NCBI GenBank assembly: GCA_027053075.1
Contig: JALUEE010000094.1
Span: forward strand, 1 to 27,501
DNA: 27,501 bases
Direction: 5' to 3'
Source: a candidate division WOR-3 bacterium
GTDB taxonomy: Bacteria; Hydrothermota; Hydrothermia; B15-G9; WFZT01
A program made the position numbers and the translations under genes. The notes beneath the pieces are model-generated. The model saw only the letters and a list, made by a program, of their open reading frames with translations, was not told the DNA's origin and made no database searches. Positions 8,316 to 18,730 of this stretch are shown one piece after another (the first letter of the stretch is position 1; each line of letters starts with the position of its first letter).

Positions 8316-11180
8316 ATGGATAAAGTAATTTTATTACCACTTGAAAGTGATCTGGTGGGCTTTGTGATTGATGAATTGCTGCCTGCTGACACGAGGGATT
8401 TCTCTAATTTTATGGTAGTTTTCCCCGGAAAAAGGCCCGGCTACTTTTTGCGAAATAGGCTTGCAAAGAAACTACGGTCTTCATTTTATCCCCCGGAGAT
8501 TCATGAGATAGATGCCTTTGTTTATCACCTTGTAGAAACAAAATACGGGCCTTCCAGACAGATTGACCCTCTCAACGCTGCGTGGCTTATCTACCAGGCA
8601 GCGAAGAAATATGTCCAGTTAGAGGGTTTCGATAGATTTTATCCATGGGGTGTGGAGCTTTACGAGATGTTCAACGAAATGGACCAGGAGCTGATAGATG
8701 AGGATACGCTGAGCGATTTGAGGGATTACGTCGAGCTCTCAGACGACATTATCAACGGCACGGTTAAAGAATTATGGGAAAATATAGCAAAAATTAAGTC
8801 CGATTACACGAGCTCACTTGTAGACAACGGCTTTTTCACCTCAGGCTCGCTTTACAGACTTGCCGCAAATTTAGACGAGGTGCCGGAGAAATTCACCATT
8901 TTTGCAGGTTTCTATGCCCTCACAAATTCTCAGCTCGAAATCATAAAAAGGGTGCTCGAGAGAGGGAAAGGAACCCTTGTCATCCAGGGAAGCAAAGACG
9001 AGTGGTCCATAATTCGCGAAAACATTGAAAAACTCGGATTTGGCTACAGAGAAATAGAATCCGATAGAAAGCCTTCACCACAAATAAATATAATCTCAGG
9101 TGAGGATGCCCATGCTGAAATTGCAGCGGTTAAAGACATTCTTGGAGAGGTCAGGGACGAACTGATGGGTAGCCCGGAAGACCTCGCGATAGTGGTTCCA
9201 AACACAGAAAGCCTTATTCCCCTGATTTACCTCTCAGTGGCTCAGTTTGATAAAGAGTTCAACATAGCCCTTGGCTATCCATTTAAGCGAACCCCACTTG
9301 TGGCCCTTTTTAGTGCCATTTTTAAAGCACAGGAAAATAAAAACGGCAACGAGTATCTTCGCGGAGACATCCTCAAGGTCCTGACCCATCCATTTGTCAA
9401 AAATATTGGAACCGAGGGAGCACCGGGAGAGGACAAGTATGCTCCCTTCAGGATTGCCGTTCACCACTTTGAGGATTATCTGTTTGAGGAAAATATTATC
9501 ACCGTGGACCTGCAAAACGAGGAGCTGATGAGGGCTGTGGAGGCCTCAATCAGCGAGAGCCTTCGAAGGATGAATTTCCAGCCTGCCCCTGTAATTTCCA
9601 TGTTCAGAACAGTTATAGAGCTCTTTTTCAAAAATTTCGAGAATGTAAAAACATTCCAGGACTTAAAAGAGGCCACGGAAAAGGTTGCAGAATTCCTTCT
9701 TAAAAACAGTGCTTTGAGGAGATACAGGCTCAACCTTGAATTTATACGAAAATTCTTTGAAACAGTGAGGGGAATTGATGAATTTCTCTTTAAGGAAGAG
9801 GAATTCCCCTCGACGGACGATATTTTTAACATCTTCCTCTACAGGCTGAATCTTGCGCGAGTTGCCTTTGAAGGCACACCGGTCAAGGGCATACAGGTTA
9901 TTGGTGCCCTCGAAGCGCGCGGCTTGAATTTCAAAAATCTCATATATATTGATGTGAATGAAGGGGTGATCCCGGGCAGGCCCGAAATCAATCCGATCTT
10001 ACCACCACCCCTGAGGGGCAAGATTGGGCTAAACGATTACGCAAGGACCGAGGAAATATATCGGTACCACTTTAAGCGGCTTTTAGCGGCATCGGAGAGA
10101 GCTTATCTGCTTTATGTGGACAACAGTGAATCCAGACGGAGCAGATACATTGAGGAATACATCTGGCAGAAAGAAAAGGAAGCCGGCAGGCTGCTTGAGG
10201 AGGAACTTGTGAAAAAGAAAACCTTCAACCTGAAGGTCGAGAAAAGCAGGGAAATCGTGGTGGATAAAACCCCGGAAATACTTGAAAAACTCGAAAAAAT
10301 GAGCTTTAGCCCATCGGCTATAAATACCTATGTCAGGTGTCCCCTGAGGTTTTATTATTCCTATGTCATGGGACTGACCGAAAAGGAGTTTGAAGACAGC
10401 ATCGAGGGGAAGGATATCGGAATCCTCGTACACTCGATTTTGCGTGATTTTTACGGTCAGGTGTTGCGAAGGGAGCCGGATTTTGAACAGGTGCTGACAG
10501 AGGATAAACTTCACGAAATTATTGAAAAACATTTCGAGAGCATGTATCCCCTTGAATGGGGACTGGCATTCCTGGTTAAAGAATCGGTTAAAAAGGTCCT
10601 CGACCAGTTCCTTGAATGGGAGAGGGAACGGTTTAAGAGCGGGAAAAGGTTTGAAGTCGTCCATCTCGAGAAAAAGATAAGAATCCCTGGTTACCAAACG
10701 GGCACAAGAACTGTAACTCTCACAGGAGCTACAGACAGAATTGATAGGGTAGGTGATGGATACGAAATTATTGACTATAAAACCGGAAGCTCGTCCAATG
10801 GTAAACCAATACCGAAAGAAATTGACGAAGTTCTGATTGACCGCGCAAGTATGAAGAAGAGGTTTGACTTTCAGCTTCCCATGTACATCATTATATTTTC
10901 AAAAGAACTTGAGGTTGAGGATTACAGTAAAATCAACGCAAGGCTATTTTATCTGCGGGATATTTATCGGGAAAAGGGTAAAAAGGCACTTTTTGACGCG
11001 GATTCAAATGCAGATGAGAGAAAGGAGAAGATGAAAAAAATAGAAGATGCCTTAAAAAGGATTATTGATGAAATTCTCTCTCCTGATGTGCCGTTTATTC
11101 CTGATAAAAGCGACGCTAATTACTGCAGTCACTGTAAATTTAAGGAACTTTGCGGCAGAGAGGAGGTCTATAGAAGGTGA
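8316..11180 (+). CDS. addB: AddB-like PD-(D/E)XK nuclease with inactive helicase fold and Fe-S cysteines
   Basis: FSPSAINTYVRCP, GATDRIDR, IIDYKTG, FQL.MY, C-terminal CSHCKFKELC (4-Cys Fe-S staple); follows addA. Confidence 0.82.
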   Translation: MDKVILLPLESDLVGFVIDELLPADTRDFSNFMVVFPGKRPGYFLRNRLAKKLRSSFYPPEIHEIDAFVYHLVETKYGPSRQIDPLNAAWLIYQAAKKYVQLEGFDRFYPWGVELYEMFNEMDQELIDEDTLSDLRDYVELSDDIINGTVKELWENIAKIKSDYTSSLVDNGFFTSGSLYRLAANLDEVPEKFTIFAGFYALTNSQLEIIKRVLERGKGTLVIQGSKDEWSIIRENIEKLGFGYREIESDRKPSPQINIISGEDAHAEIAAVKDILGEVRDELMGSPEDLAIVVPNTESLIPLIYLSVAQFDKEFNIALGYPFKRTPLVALFSAIFKAQENKNGNEYLRGDILKVLTHPFVKNIGTEGAPGEDKYAPFRIAVHHFEDYLFEENIITVDLQNEELMRAVEASISESLRRMNFQPAPVISMFRTVIELFFKNFENVKTFQDLKEATEKVAEFLLKNSALRRYRLNLEFIRKFFETVRGIDEFLFKEEEFPSTDDIFNIFLYRLNLARVAFEGTPVKGIQVIGALEARGLNFKNLIYIDVNEGVIPGRPEINPILPPPLRGKIGLNDYARTEEIYRYHFKRLLAASERAYLLYVDNSESRRSRYIEEYIWQKEKEAGRLLEEELVKKKTFNLKVEKSREIVVDKTPEILEKLEKMSFSPSAINTYVRCPLRFYYSYVMGLTEKEFEDSIEGKDIGILVHSILRDFYGQVLRREPDFEQVLTEDKLHEIIEKHFESMYPLEWGLAFLVKESVKKVLDQFLEWERERFKSGKRFEVVHLEKKIRIPGYQTGTRTVTLTGATDRIDRVGDGYEIIDYKTGSSSNGKPIPKEIDEVLIDRASMKKRFDFQLPMYIIIFSKELEVEDYSKINARLFYLRDIYREKGKKALFDADSNADERKEKMKKIEDALKRIIDEILSPDVPFIPDKSDANYCSHCKFKELCGREEVYRR

Positions 11181-12385
11181 AAATACTTCACACCGCTGAT
11201 TGGCATCTCGGAAAGGTTTTCGAGCATTCTCAGGTGAATTTTTCGCTTCTTGAGGAGCAGAGACGCATTCTTGAGAAGATTGTGAAGATAGCCGATGAAG
11301 AGAGGGTGGACGTGGTGGTGATAGCCGGGGATATCTTTGATTCTTACAACCCACCAAACGAGGCAAGATTGCTATTTAATGAGACCATTACCGAGCTTTC
11401 AAAGCAGGGGGAAAGGCCTGTAGTCATTATTTCTGGCAACCACGATTCACCGGAGGGCCTGGCAACGATAAAGCCTTTGACAGCAAATCATGGTATCATC
11501 ATTCATCACCTTCCAGTGTCCACTGAAGAGAGGCACATCAGAGGTAGAAACTTTGATGTGGAGATTAAAGGAAACTGGCTTAGGCTCGAGAAGGGAGGGG
11601 AGAGCGCGATTTTCTTTCTTCTGCCTTTTGTTTCAGAGACCAGACTAAACGAGGCATTTATCGGAGATAATCTTCTTGATAAAACCCTCTCCTACAACGA
11701 AAAGATCGAGAAATTGATTTCAAAAGAACCACCTTTTGATGGAGATACGAGGATACTTGTTTCCCATATCTTTATTGACTCAGGAGTTGAGGCCGGATCG
11801 GAGAAAAAGCTCATTCTCGGCTCGTCCTATCTTTTTGAGAGCTCCCGCATACCCGAGAGCTTTGATCTTGTTTTGCTTGGGCACCTGCACAAATCCCAGA
11901 GAATCGGGGAGAGGATTTTTTATTCGGGTTCCATTTTTCCCATGAATCTTGCCGAGATCGAGCGTTCACCAGCCAAGTATGTAAGTATTTTTGAGCCTGG
12001 AAAATCCGGCTTTTCCTATGAGGAGATTGAGATTCTGCCCGGGGATTATGTCAGGGTGCGGGAATTTGAAGACCTGGAGAGTGCATTGAGGGAAATCGAG
12101 AATCTCAAGACCTCGCTCGTTTATATTAAGATAAAGAGGCCACTTACAAATCACGAAACCCTGGTGGAGTTGAGAAGAGCCTTAAGGGAAAATCTGCTCG
12201 GAATCACCTTTGAAGTGCCTGAGCTGGTCGAAGGAGACTATTTTGAGAAAACTGACCTCGAGTCACTGACAGATGAAGAGCTTTTCAGGGAATTTTACCG
12301 GCATCAGATGGGCAAGGACCCCGATGACAGGCTTGTTGAGGTTTTTATCAGGATTTTAAACGAGGTGAGGCATGAGGCCCATTGA
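11177..12385 (+). CDS. sbcD: SbcD (Mre11-like) nuclease
   Basis: ILHTADWHLG, AGDIFD, GNHDS, SH, LGHLH, YSGS; GTG start overlapping the addB stop, with GAGGAGG RBS. Confidence 0.93.
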   Translation: MKILHTADWHLGKVFEHSQVNFSLLEEQRRILEKIVKIADEERVDVVVIAGDIFDSYNPPNEARLLFNETITELSKQGERPVVIISGNHDSPEGLATIKPLTANHGIIIHHLPVSTEERHIRGRNFDVEIKGNWLRLEKGGESAIFFLLPFVSETRLNEAFIGDNLLDKTLSYNEKIEKLISKEPPFDGDTRILVSHIFIDSGVEAGSEKKLILGSSYLFESSRIPESFDLVLLGHLHKSQRIGERIFYSGSIFPMNLAEIERSPAKYVSIFEPGKSGFSYEEIEILPGDYVRVREFEDLESALREIENLKTSLVYIKIKRPLTNHETLVELRRALRENLLGITFEVPELVEGDYFEKTDLESLTDEELFREFYRHQMGKDPDDRLVEVFIRILNEVRHEAH

Positions 12386-15300
12386 GCTGACATTTAAAGG
12401 GATAAATAGCTATAGCGAAGAGGCCAGAATTGACTTTAAAAAGCTACAGGAAGCGGGTGTATTTGGCATATTTGGAGAAACTGGTGCGGGGAAGACGACG
12501 ATTTTAGATGCCATCACAATTGCCCTGTATGGCAAAACCGACAGGCTGGGCAAGTCCATTTTAAATATTGTGAATCCACGAGCGAAACATATCCGCGTGA
12601 AGTTCATTTTCGAAATGGATGGTAAAGTTTATGAGGTCTCAAGGGTGTACGAAGAAAAGAAGTCGCAAAGAGCTGTGCTTTACGAGATTGACGGAAACAA
12701 AAAGAAACCCCTTGCCGATAAAGTTACAAAAGTGGACGATTTGATTGAAAAAGAAATCATTGGGTTGAAATTTGAAGATTTTACGCGGGTTGTGGTTCTC
12801 CCGCAGGGTAAATTTTCTCAGTTTCTTGATGCTCCGGCAAAGGATAGGGTGGTCCTTTTGGAGAGTATCTTTGGAACTGACATCTATGGAGATGCGATTT
12901 TCTCCGCTGTGAAGAGTAAAAAAGATGTTGTCAATACCGAAATTGAGGCAATTAAGAAGCGTCTCGATGCCCTGAAAGATGCCAGCGAAGAGTCTATTAA
13001 GAGACTCGAAGAAGAGATAAAGGAACTTGCGGGTAAAATCGAGGATAGCAAAAAGAAGCAAAGGGTGCTTGATGAAAGGCTTAAAATGCTCAAAAAGCTC
13101 GCTGAGCTTTTAGATGAGAAGAGGAAAGTTGAGGAAAAGCTCAAAATTCTCAAAGAAAAAGAGGGGGAGATTCGGAAGCTAAAAGAGAAGCTCTCCATTG
13201 CTGAAAAGCTCCAGCCGCTTGAAAGTGTGGTTGAGAGCCTGAATTCGGCCGAGGAATTTTTGAAGAAAAATATCCCAAAGCTGAAAGCAATGGAAAATGA
13301 GCTGGAGTTGACAGAAAAAGAATACGAAGAGGCTCAAAGGCTTTTTACTGAGTTTAACAAAGTCTATCCTGAGCAGCAAAGGGAGCTTGTCGAAATTCAG
13401 AGTAAAGCGAAACAGGCACAGGAGCTGCTCTCCGAGATGAAGGTAAAGGAGCGAAAGCTTGGTGAGGCCAGAAAATCCCTTAAAAACCTCGAAACAGAGG
13501 AGCAGAATCTAAAGAACCTCGAAAACCAATTGCGCAAAATTTCAGAGAAACTCCGGGAGTTTGAACTGTCGGATGACGAGAAAAAACTTCTTTCAATGGA
13601 GAGCAAGGTTGTCGAGCTAAAGAGCGAGCAAAAGAATTTAAATAGCCTTGTTAAAAATTTCGAGAACAGAAAAAAGAGGGAAAAGCAGAGGATTTTCAAT
13701 GAAGTTAAAAAGACACTACAGCCTGTAGGGATAACATTTAAAAATCTCGAGGAGGCAAGAAGGCTGATAATCGAGAAATTTAAGGCTGCTGAAGAAGAAT
13801 TTAAGAAAGCAAGCGAACTTTTGAAGGAGAAGGAAAACACCCACCGTGCTTTGATCCTCGCATCAGAGCTTGAAGAGGGTAAGCCATGTCCCGTGTGTGG
13901 CTCCATTCACCATCCGAATCCTGCCACAGGTGAGGTTGAAACGGAAGAAATTGAGAAGTTGAGGGAAGAGGTGGAGAAATCCCGCGAGAATTTACAAAAG
14001 TTGGGGGCCCTCAAAGAAAAAATTCTTGGAATTATTGGTAGTTTTGAAGAATCTCAGAAAGAGAGCGAAAAGGAACTTCAGGAATACCTTGGTAAGCTGA
14101 AAAAAGTTACAATTGATGTCCAGACCCTTGCAGGAGGATTTGGTTGTGAGAACCTGACATGCCTCGAGGTCTCTATCAAATCTGCGAAGGAGAAAAAAGA
14201 GAAATTTGAGAAGATAAGAGAGGAGGAGAGGAAACTTCAGCAAAAAATCCAGTCTCTCGGGAAAATCAGGGAAAACATAGCCCAGAAAAGGCAGTTGGTT
14301 GAAAATCTGAAGCAGGAACTGGATAAATTGAGTGAAAAGGTTAAGGAACTCGTTGGGGAGAATGATCCAGCAAAAATCCTTGCCGCTGTTAAGAAGCAAC
14401 TTAAAGAACTTGAAGATAGGAAGGAAAAATTGAGCAAGGACTATGAGAATAAAAGACAGAAGTTTGAGGATTTGAAGACACAGATTCTGCTGTTGAAGCA
14501 GAGCATTAAAAAGGAAGAGGAAAATCGTAAAAAGGCTCTTGAAAGGCTAAAAACCGAGGCAGTGAAGCACGGGATAGAGCCTGAAAAGATCAAGGAATTT
14601 ATATTGACTCAGGACGAGATTAAAAAACTCAGGGACGAGATTAAGGCTTTTGAGGACGAGGTGCACAAGCAGAGGGTTTATCTCGACAAGGTCAAAAAGG
14701 AACTCGAAAAGCTCCCAATGACGGAAATGCCAGAGGGTGAACCTCATAAAACGGAGGAGGAGTTTAACAATATTACCCGGGAAATTGAAGGGTTGAATCA
14801 AAACCTTGGTGAGAAAAAACAGCATCTCGAGACTTTGAGGAAGGACCTTGAGGAGAAGGCTAATCTTGAGCGTGACCTTAAGCTGAAGAAGGACGAGTTT
14901 GAACACCTCGAAACCCTGTATCATCTCCTTTACGGGAAAAAGCTTTCGAGGTTTGTGGTCAGATTTTATCTTCACGAGATACTTGCGGAAGCCAATAGAA
15001 TACTTGACCAGCTTACTGGAGGCAGATTGAGGCTTGTGGGGGCAAAAGGTGACAGCTTTGAATTTCTAATTTTCGATGCGTACACGGGACACGAAAGGGT
15101 CATAAAATCTATATCAGGAGGAGAGAGATTTCTTGTCTCATTCTCCCTTGCTGTTGCGTTGTCCCTTTATATCCAGCGTAGGAGTATGAGGAGCATAGAT
15201 TTCTTTTTTATTGATGAGGGATTTGGCACACTCGATGAGGACCTGCAGAACGCCATGAGCCGGGTTTTTGAAGACATAAAAAGCAGCGGCAAACTCGTGG

Positions 15301-15404
15301 GCCTCATCACCCATGTAAGGAAATTCCGCGAAATAGTTCCCGCCCAGATCATCGTAACCCGCGACCCCATCACCAACTCATCAAAGGTCGAGGTGAAGGT
15401 GTGA
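12372..15404 (+). CDS. sbcC: SbcC (Rad50-like) SMC ATPase
   Basis: Walker A GETGAGKTT, Q-loop LPQGKF, long coiled coil with zinc hook CPVCGS, signature ISGGE, Walker B FFIDEGFG, ITH. Confidence 0.94.
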   Translation: MRPIELTFKGINSYSEEARIDFKKLQEAGVFGIFGETGAGKTTILDAITIALYGKTDRLGKSILNIVNPRAKHIRVKFIFEMDGKVYEVSRVYEEKKSQRAVLYEIDGNKKKPLADKVTKVDDLIEKEIIGLKFEDFTRVVVLPQGKFSQFLDAPAKDRVVLLESIFGTDIYGDAIFSAVKSKKDVVNTEIEAIKKRLDALKDASEESIKRLEEEIKELAGKIEDSKKKQRVLDERLKMLKKLAELLDEKRKVEEKLKILKEKEGEIRKLKEKLSIAEKLQPLESVVESLNSAEEFLKKNIPKLKAMENELELTEKEYEEAQRLFTEFNKVYPEQQRELVEIQSKAKQAQELLSEMKVKERKLGEARKSLKNLETEEQNLKNLENQLRKISEKLREFELSDDEKKLLSMESKVVELKSEQKNLNSLVKNFENRKKREKQRIFNEVKKTLQPVGITFKNLEEARRLIIEKFKAAEEEFKKASELLKEKENTHRALILASELEEGKPCPVCGSIHHPNPATGEVETEEIEKLREEVEKSRENLQKLGALKEKILGIIGSFEESQKESEKELQEYLGKLKKVTIDVQTLAGGFGCENLTCLEVSIKSAKEKKEKFEKIREEERKLQQKIQSLGKIRENIAQKRQLVENLKQELDKLSEKVKELVGENDPAKILAAVKKQLKELEDRKEKLSKDYENKRQKFEDLKTQILLLKQSIKKEEENRKKALERLKTEAVKHGIEPEKIKEFILTQDEIKKLRDEIKAFEDEVHKQRVYLDKVKKELEKLPMTEMPEGEPHKTEEEFNNITREIEGLNQNLGEKKQHLETLRKDLEEKANLERDLKLKKDEFEHLETLYHLLYGKKLSRFVVRFYLHEILAEANRILDQLTGGRLRLVGAKGDSFEFLIFDAYTGHERVIKSISGGERFLVSFSLAVALSLYIQRRSMRSIDFFFIDEGFGTLDEDLQNAMSRVFEDIKSSGKLVGLITHVRKFREIVPAQIIVTRDPITNSSKVEVKV

Positions 15405-15429
15405 GAAACATTTTTAAACAAGTTCGGTG

Positions 15430-15877
15430 AAGTTTGTTCGAAAACATTTTGTACAGACTATTATTTCATTCCTCCTCGTAAACACCATGCATTCTTTCGC
15501 CTTTTCCTACCTTGCTTGAAAAATGCGAATGTCTTTAATTCCTCCATCAAGATATTGCCCTAATTTTATAGAAAGAAGTTTTGAGGGGATGGATTTTTCG
15601 GTAGATTTTTTTGACGAAGATCAGTACGTGATCATGAAAAATATGTTATTCAATGATTCAGATCTTTTCACCCTCCCTTCCCTGGAGAAGGGAGGGCAGG
15701 GGTGGAATAGGGAAATTTTGGTCAGCAAGACTTTGGGTTCATTTATTCTTCCCATTCTCCCCTAACCCCTCCTTCCAATGGAAGGAGGGGGAAAATTTGT
15801 TGACTGCGATTGTCACCGTGGTTAAGAGGGTCCCTTAGGGAAGGTAACTCTAAAATTTAGGATTTTCGAACAAGCTT
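15430..15877. mobile_element. 448-bp TIR-bounded non-coding element (long family member) holding two inversely oriented hairpin repeats
   Basis: AAGTTTGTTCGAAAA (15430-15444) / TTTTCGAACAAGCTT (15863-15877), 14/15 inverted match with the same TGTTCGAAAA core as copy 1. Hairpins at 15671-15696 and 15766-15790. No clear TSD. Confidence 0.6.
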
Positions 15878-15887
15878 GATCGTACCC

Positions 15888-15916
15888 TTGACATTAACGA
15901 TGATGGTGGTTATCTT
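15888..15916 (+). promoter_or_regulatory. Sigma70-type promoter of the RNase HII-like gene
   Basis: TTGACA (15888-15893), 17 bp, TATCTT (15911-15916); ATG follows after 8 nt. Confidence 0.7.
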
Positions 15917-15924
15917 CAAAGGCT

Positions 15925-16821
15925 ATGAATGTATTTCAGACTGGTGATAAAACAAGGGTTGTTGGTATTGATGAAAATGGTTATGGCCCTGTGCTCGGGC
16001 CTCTTGTTGTAACCGCAGTTAACATCGAATTTGACGGTGAACCCTTTGAAGACCTGAAGACCGAAGATTTTCAATTTCCCATCAAGGTGCAGGATAGCAA
16101 AAAAGTTTTCTCCCGCAATTTATCAGGCTATCAGGCCGGTGAGATTCTTACCTGGGGCTTTCTTCTGGCAGCCGGATTTGAGGCCCAGGACATTCGCTCT
16201 ATGATCAAAAAAATCACCGGTGAAGAACATTATATTCATCCGGAAATCGAGGTGCCCATCTGGGCAAAAAGGGCAATAAATCTCGAAATCCCCGCTTATC
16301 TCAAAAAGTTAGGAATTCGGATACTCGAGGTTAGAGCAAAGGTTCTCCATCCCGCGGATTTCAACGAGATGGTCGAACTTGTAGACAATAAATCACTCCT
16401 TGATTATCTGCTTTTCGAGCACCTGCTATGGAAAATGGAGTATGACTTTGATGTTGCTATGATGGGCAAAATCGGCGGGACAAAATTCTATGGTAAAAAC
16501 TTTTTCCTCCGGAGCGGCGCTGAGCTTGTGGAGACCTTTATGGAAAAGAAAGATATCTCTGGCTACAGGCTGAGGTTACCACACAGGGAGTTTGATGCCT
16601 ATTTCATCTTAAACGGAGACGAGAAATATCTCCCCATCACTATTGCCTCGATCATAGGGAAATATCTGCGTGAGGTTTTCATGCTTTCTCTCAACTACGA
16701 AGCAGGATTCAAGGATAAAATTCCATACGCCTCGGGCTATAGGCACGATGATAGGACAAAGGAACTCCTTGCGAAGTTAAAGGAAAAATACGACGAGTAT
16801 TCAATCGTAAGAAACCGTTAG
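15925..16821 (+). CDS. Divergent ribonuclease HII-family protein
   Basis: VGIDENGYGPVLGPLVV, DSKK, GDEKY..I.IASIIGK..RE, SGY; several motifs deviate from canonical RnhB. Confidence 0.75.
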   Translation: MNVFQTGDKTRVVGIDENGYGPVLGPLVVTAVNIEFDGEPFEDLKTEDFQFPIKVQDSKKVFSRNLSGYQAGEILTWGFLLAAGFEAQDIRSMIKKITGEEHYIHPEIEVPIWAKRAINLEIPAYLKKLGIRILEVRAKVLHPADFNEMVELVDNKSLLDYLLFEHLLWKMEYDFDVAMMGKIGGTKFYGKNFFLRSGAELVETFMEKKDISGYRLRLPHREFDAYFILNGDEKYLPITIASIIGKYLREVFMLSLNYEAGFKDKIPYASGYRHDDRTKELLAKLKEKYDEYSIVRNR

Positions 16822-16840
16822 AAGCTTTATAATTTAAGCA

Positions 16841-18730
16841 ATGAACCTGATTTACCCCGAAACTTATGACGTGATTGTGGTTGGTGCGGGGCATGCCGGT
16901 ATAGAAGCTGCCCTTGCCGCAGCGAGAATGGGAGCAAAAACCCTTATGTTTACCCTCCATCTTGATCAAATTGGTCAGATGTCCTGTAATCCAGCAATCG
17001 GTGGAAGTGCTAAGGGTCAGCTCGTCAAGGATATTGACGCCCTCGGCGGTGAGATGGGCATGGCGGCCGATGAGACTGGCATTCAGTTTAAAATGCTCAA
17101 TACCAAAAAAGGACCTGCTGTCTGGGCACTGAGAGCCCAGTCCGATAGGAAGGCTTACAGGATTCGCCAGAGAAGGGTGGTAGAAAATCAGGAAAATCTG
17201 CACATAATGCAGCACGAGGTTACTGATATCCTCGTCAAAGATGGACGGGTTATCGGAGTCAGGACAAAAACGGGAATTGAATATCGTGCCGGTGCGGTAG
17301 TTTTGACAACTGGGACTTTCCTCGGTGGGGTGATTTGGATCGGATTGACTTCTTACCCGGCAGGTCGGGCGGGCGAATTTCCTGCCAATGACCTATCAAA
17401 ATCTTTAAAATCTCTGGGGCTTGAGCTTGGAAGATTCAAAACTGGCACATCTCCCAGAATTGACATCCGCTCAGTGGACCTTTCTGTCATGGAACCACAG
17501 TATGGCGATGAGCCTCCACGTGGATTTTCATTTCGGAATCCTGTTCTCGAGCTTGACCAGGTTGTGTGCTATGCCACCCGGACGACTCCTGAAACTCACA
17601 GGATAATTAGAGGATCCCTCGTTCGCTCCCCCCTGTTTACCGGAAAGATTGTCGGAAAGGGGCCACGATACTGTCCATCCATCGAGGTAAAGCTTGTTGA
17701 ATTCCCGGATAAGGATTCACATAGAGTTATTCTCGAGCCTGACGGGCGGGACACGTTTGAGTATTATCTAAACGGACTTGCCACATCAATTCCTGAAGAA
17801 TACCAGCTAAAGATGCTCCGTTCCATTCCCGGGCTGGAAAAAGTTAAGGTTCTGCGCCCCGGATATGCGATAGAATACGATTACGTTGTTCCTACTCAAC
17901 TTCATCCCTGGCTCGAGACAAAGAAGATAGAGGGATTATTTCTCGCCGGTCAAATTAATGGAACATCGGGCTACGAGGAGGCGGCAGCTCAGGGAATTAT
18001 CGCGGGAATAAACGCGGCCCTCAAAGCTTCAGGCGGGACTCCTTTTTATCTAAAAAGGTCAGAATCTCTCATTGGTGTTATGATTGATGACCTTGTGACA
18101 AAAGGAACCGATGAGCCTTACCGACTTTTCACCTCGAGGGCAGAGTACAGACTGATTTTGAGGAGTGACAACGCCCGAGACCGCCTTATGCACTATGGCC
18201 TCAAGTTTGGATTAATAAAAGATTCTGAATGGAGGGCGTTCCTTGAGGAAAAGCGCATGTGGGAAGAGGAAATCGAGAGGCTGAAGAGAACGCGGGTTCA
18301 TTATTCCAGGCTTAATAAAATACTTGAGAGGCTTGGGAAGGGAACTATACGTGATTCCATAACTCTTTACGAGTTTTTAAAGAGGCCGGAGATAAGATAC
18401 GAGCACATCAAAGAGCTTGGAGAGGGAAGGGACTTACCTTTCTGGATTATTGAAAGGGTGGAGATAGAAGTTAAATACGAGGGTTATATCAGGAGAATGA
18501 TGGCCGAGGCAAGAAAATTTGAGAAGCTTGAGGCTATCCAAATACCCGAAGACCTTGATTTTAATGAAATTAAAGGCATTTCCAATGAGGCGAAGGAGAA
18601 GCTTTCAAAGTTCAAGCCGAGAACCCTCGGGGCCGCCTCGCGCATTCCGGGGGTCAGGACTTCGGATGTTATGGTAATTTACTATCACCTTGAGGAGAAA
18701 AATCATGGGCTCACCAAGATCAAAAGTTGA
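16841..18730 (+). CDS. mnmG: tRNA uridine 5-carboxymethylaminomethyl modification enzyme MnmG/GidA
   Basis: [77 protein letters not shown]. Confidence 0.97.
   Translation: MNLIYPETYDVIVVGAGHAGIEAALAAARMGAKTLMFTLHLDQIGQMSCNPAIGGSAKGQLVKDIDALGGEMGMAADETGIQFKMLNTKKGPAVWALRAQSDRKAYRIRQRRVVENQENLHIMQHEVTDILVKDGRVIGVRTKTGIEYRAGAVVLTTGTFLGGVIWIGLTSYPAGRAGEFPANDLSKSLKSLGLELGRFKTGTSPRIDIRSVDLSVMEPQYGDEPPRGFSFRNPVLELDQVVCYATRTTPETHRIIRGSLVRSPLFTGKIVGKGPRYCPSIEVKLVEFPDKDSHRVILEPDGRDTFEYYLNGLATSIPEEYQLKMLRSIPGLEKVKVLRPGYAIEYDYVVPTQLHPWLETKKIEGLFLAGQINGTSGYEEAAAQGIIAGINAALKASGGTPFYLKRSESLIGVMIDDLVTKGTDEPYRLFTSRAEYRLILRSDNARDRLMHYGLKFGLIKDSEWRAFLEEKRMWEEEIERLKRTRVHYSRLNKILERLGKGTIRDSITLYEFLKRPEIRYEHIKELGEGRDLPFWIIERVEIEVKYEGYIRRMMAEARKFEKLEAIQIPEDLDFNEIKGISNEAKEKLSKFKPRTLGAASRIPGVRTSDVMVIYYHLEEKNHGLTKIKS

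Noticed and set aside
5128..15404. Novel anti-phage helicase/nuclease/SMC system (Gabija-, Lamassu- or Wadjet-like)
   Set aside because: All four proteins fit AddAB and SbcCD motifs in a housekeeping context.
15523..15838. ORFs 15523..15765 and 15653..15838 as a transposase remnant or small genes
   Set aside because: No DDE/HUH motifs; the PSLEKGGQGW-type peptide is just the hairpin repeat read in frame; no RBS.
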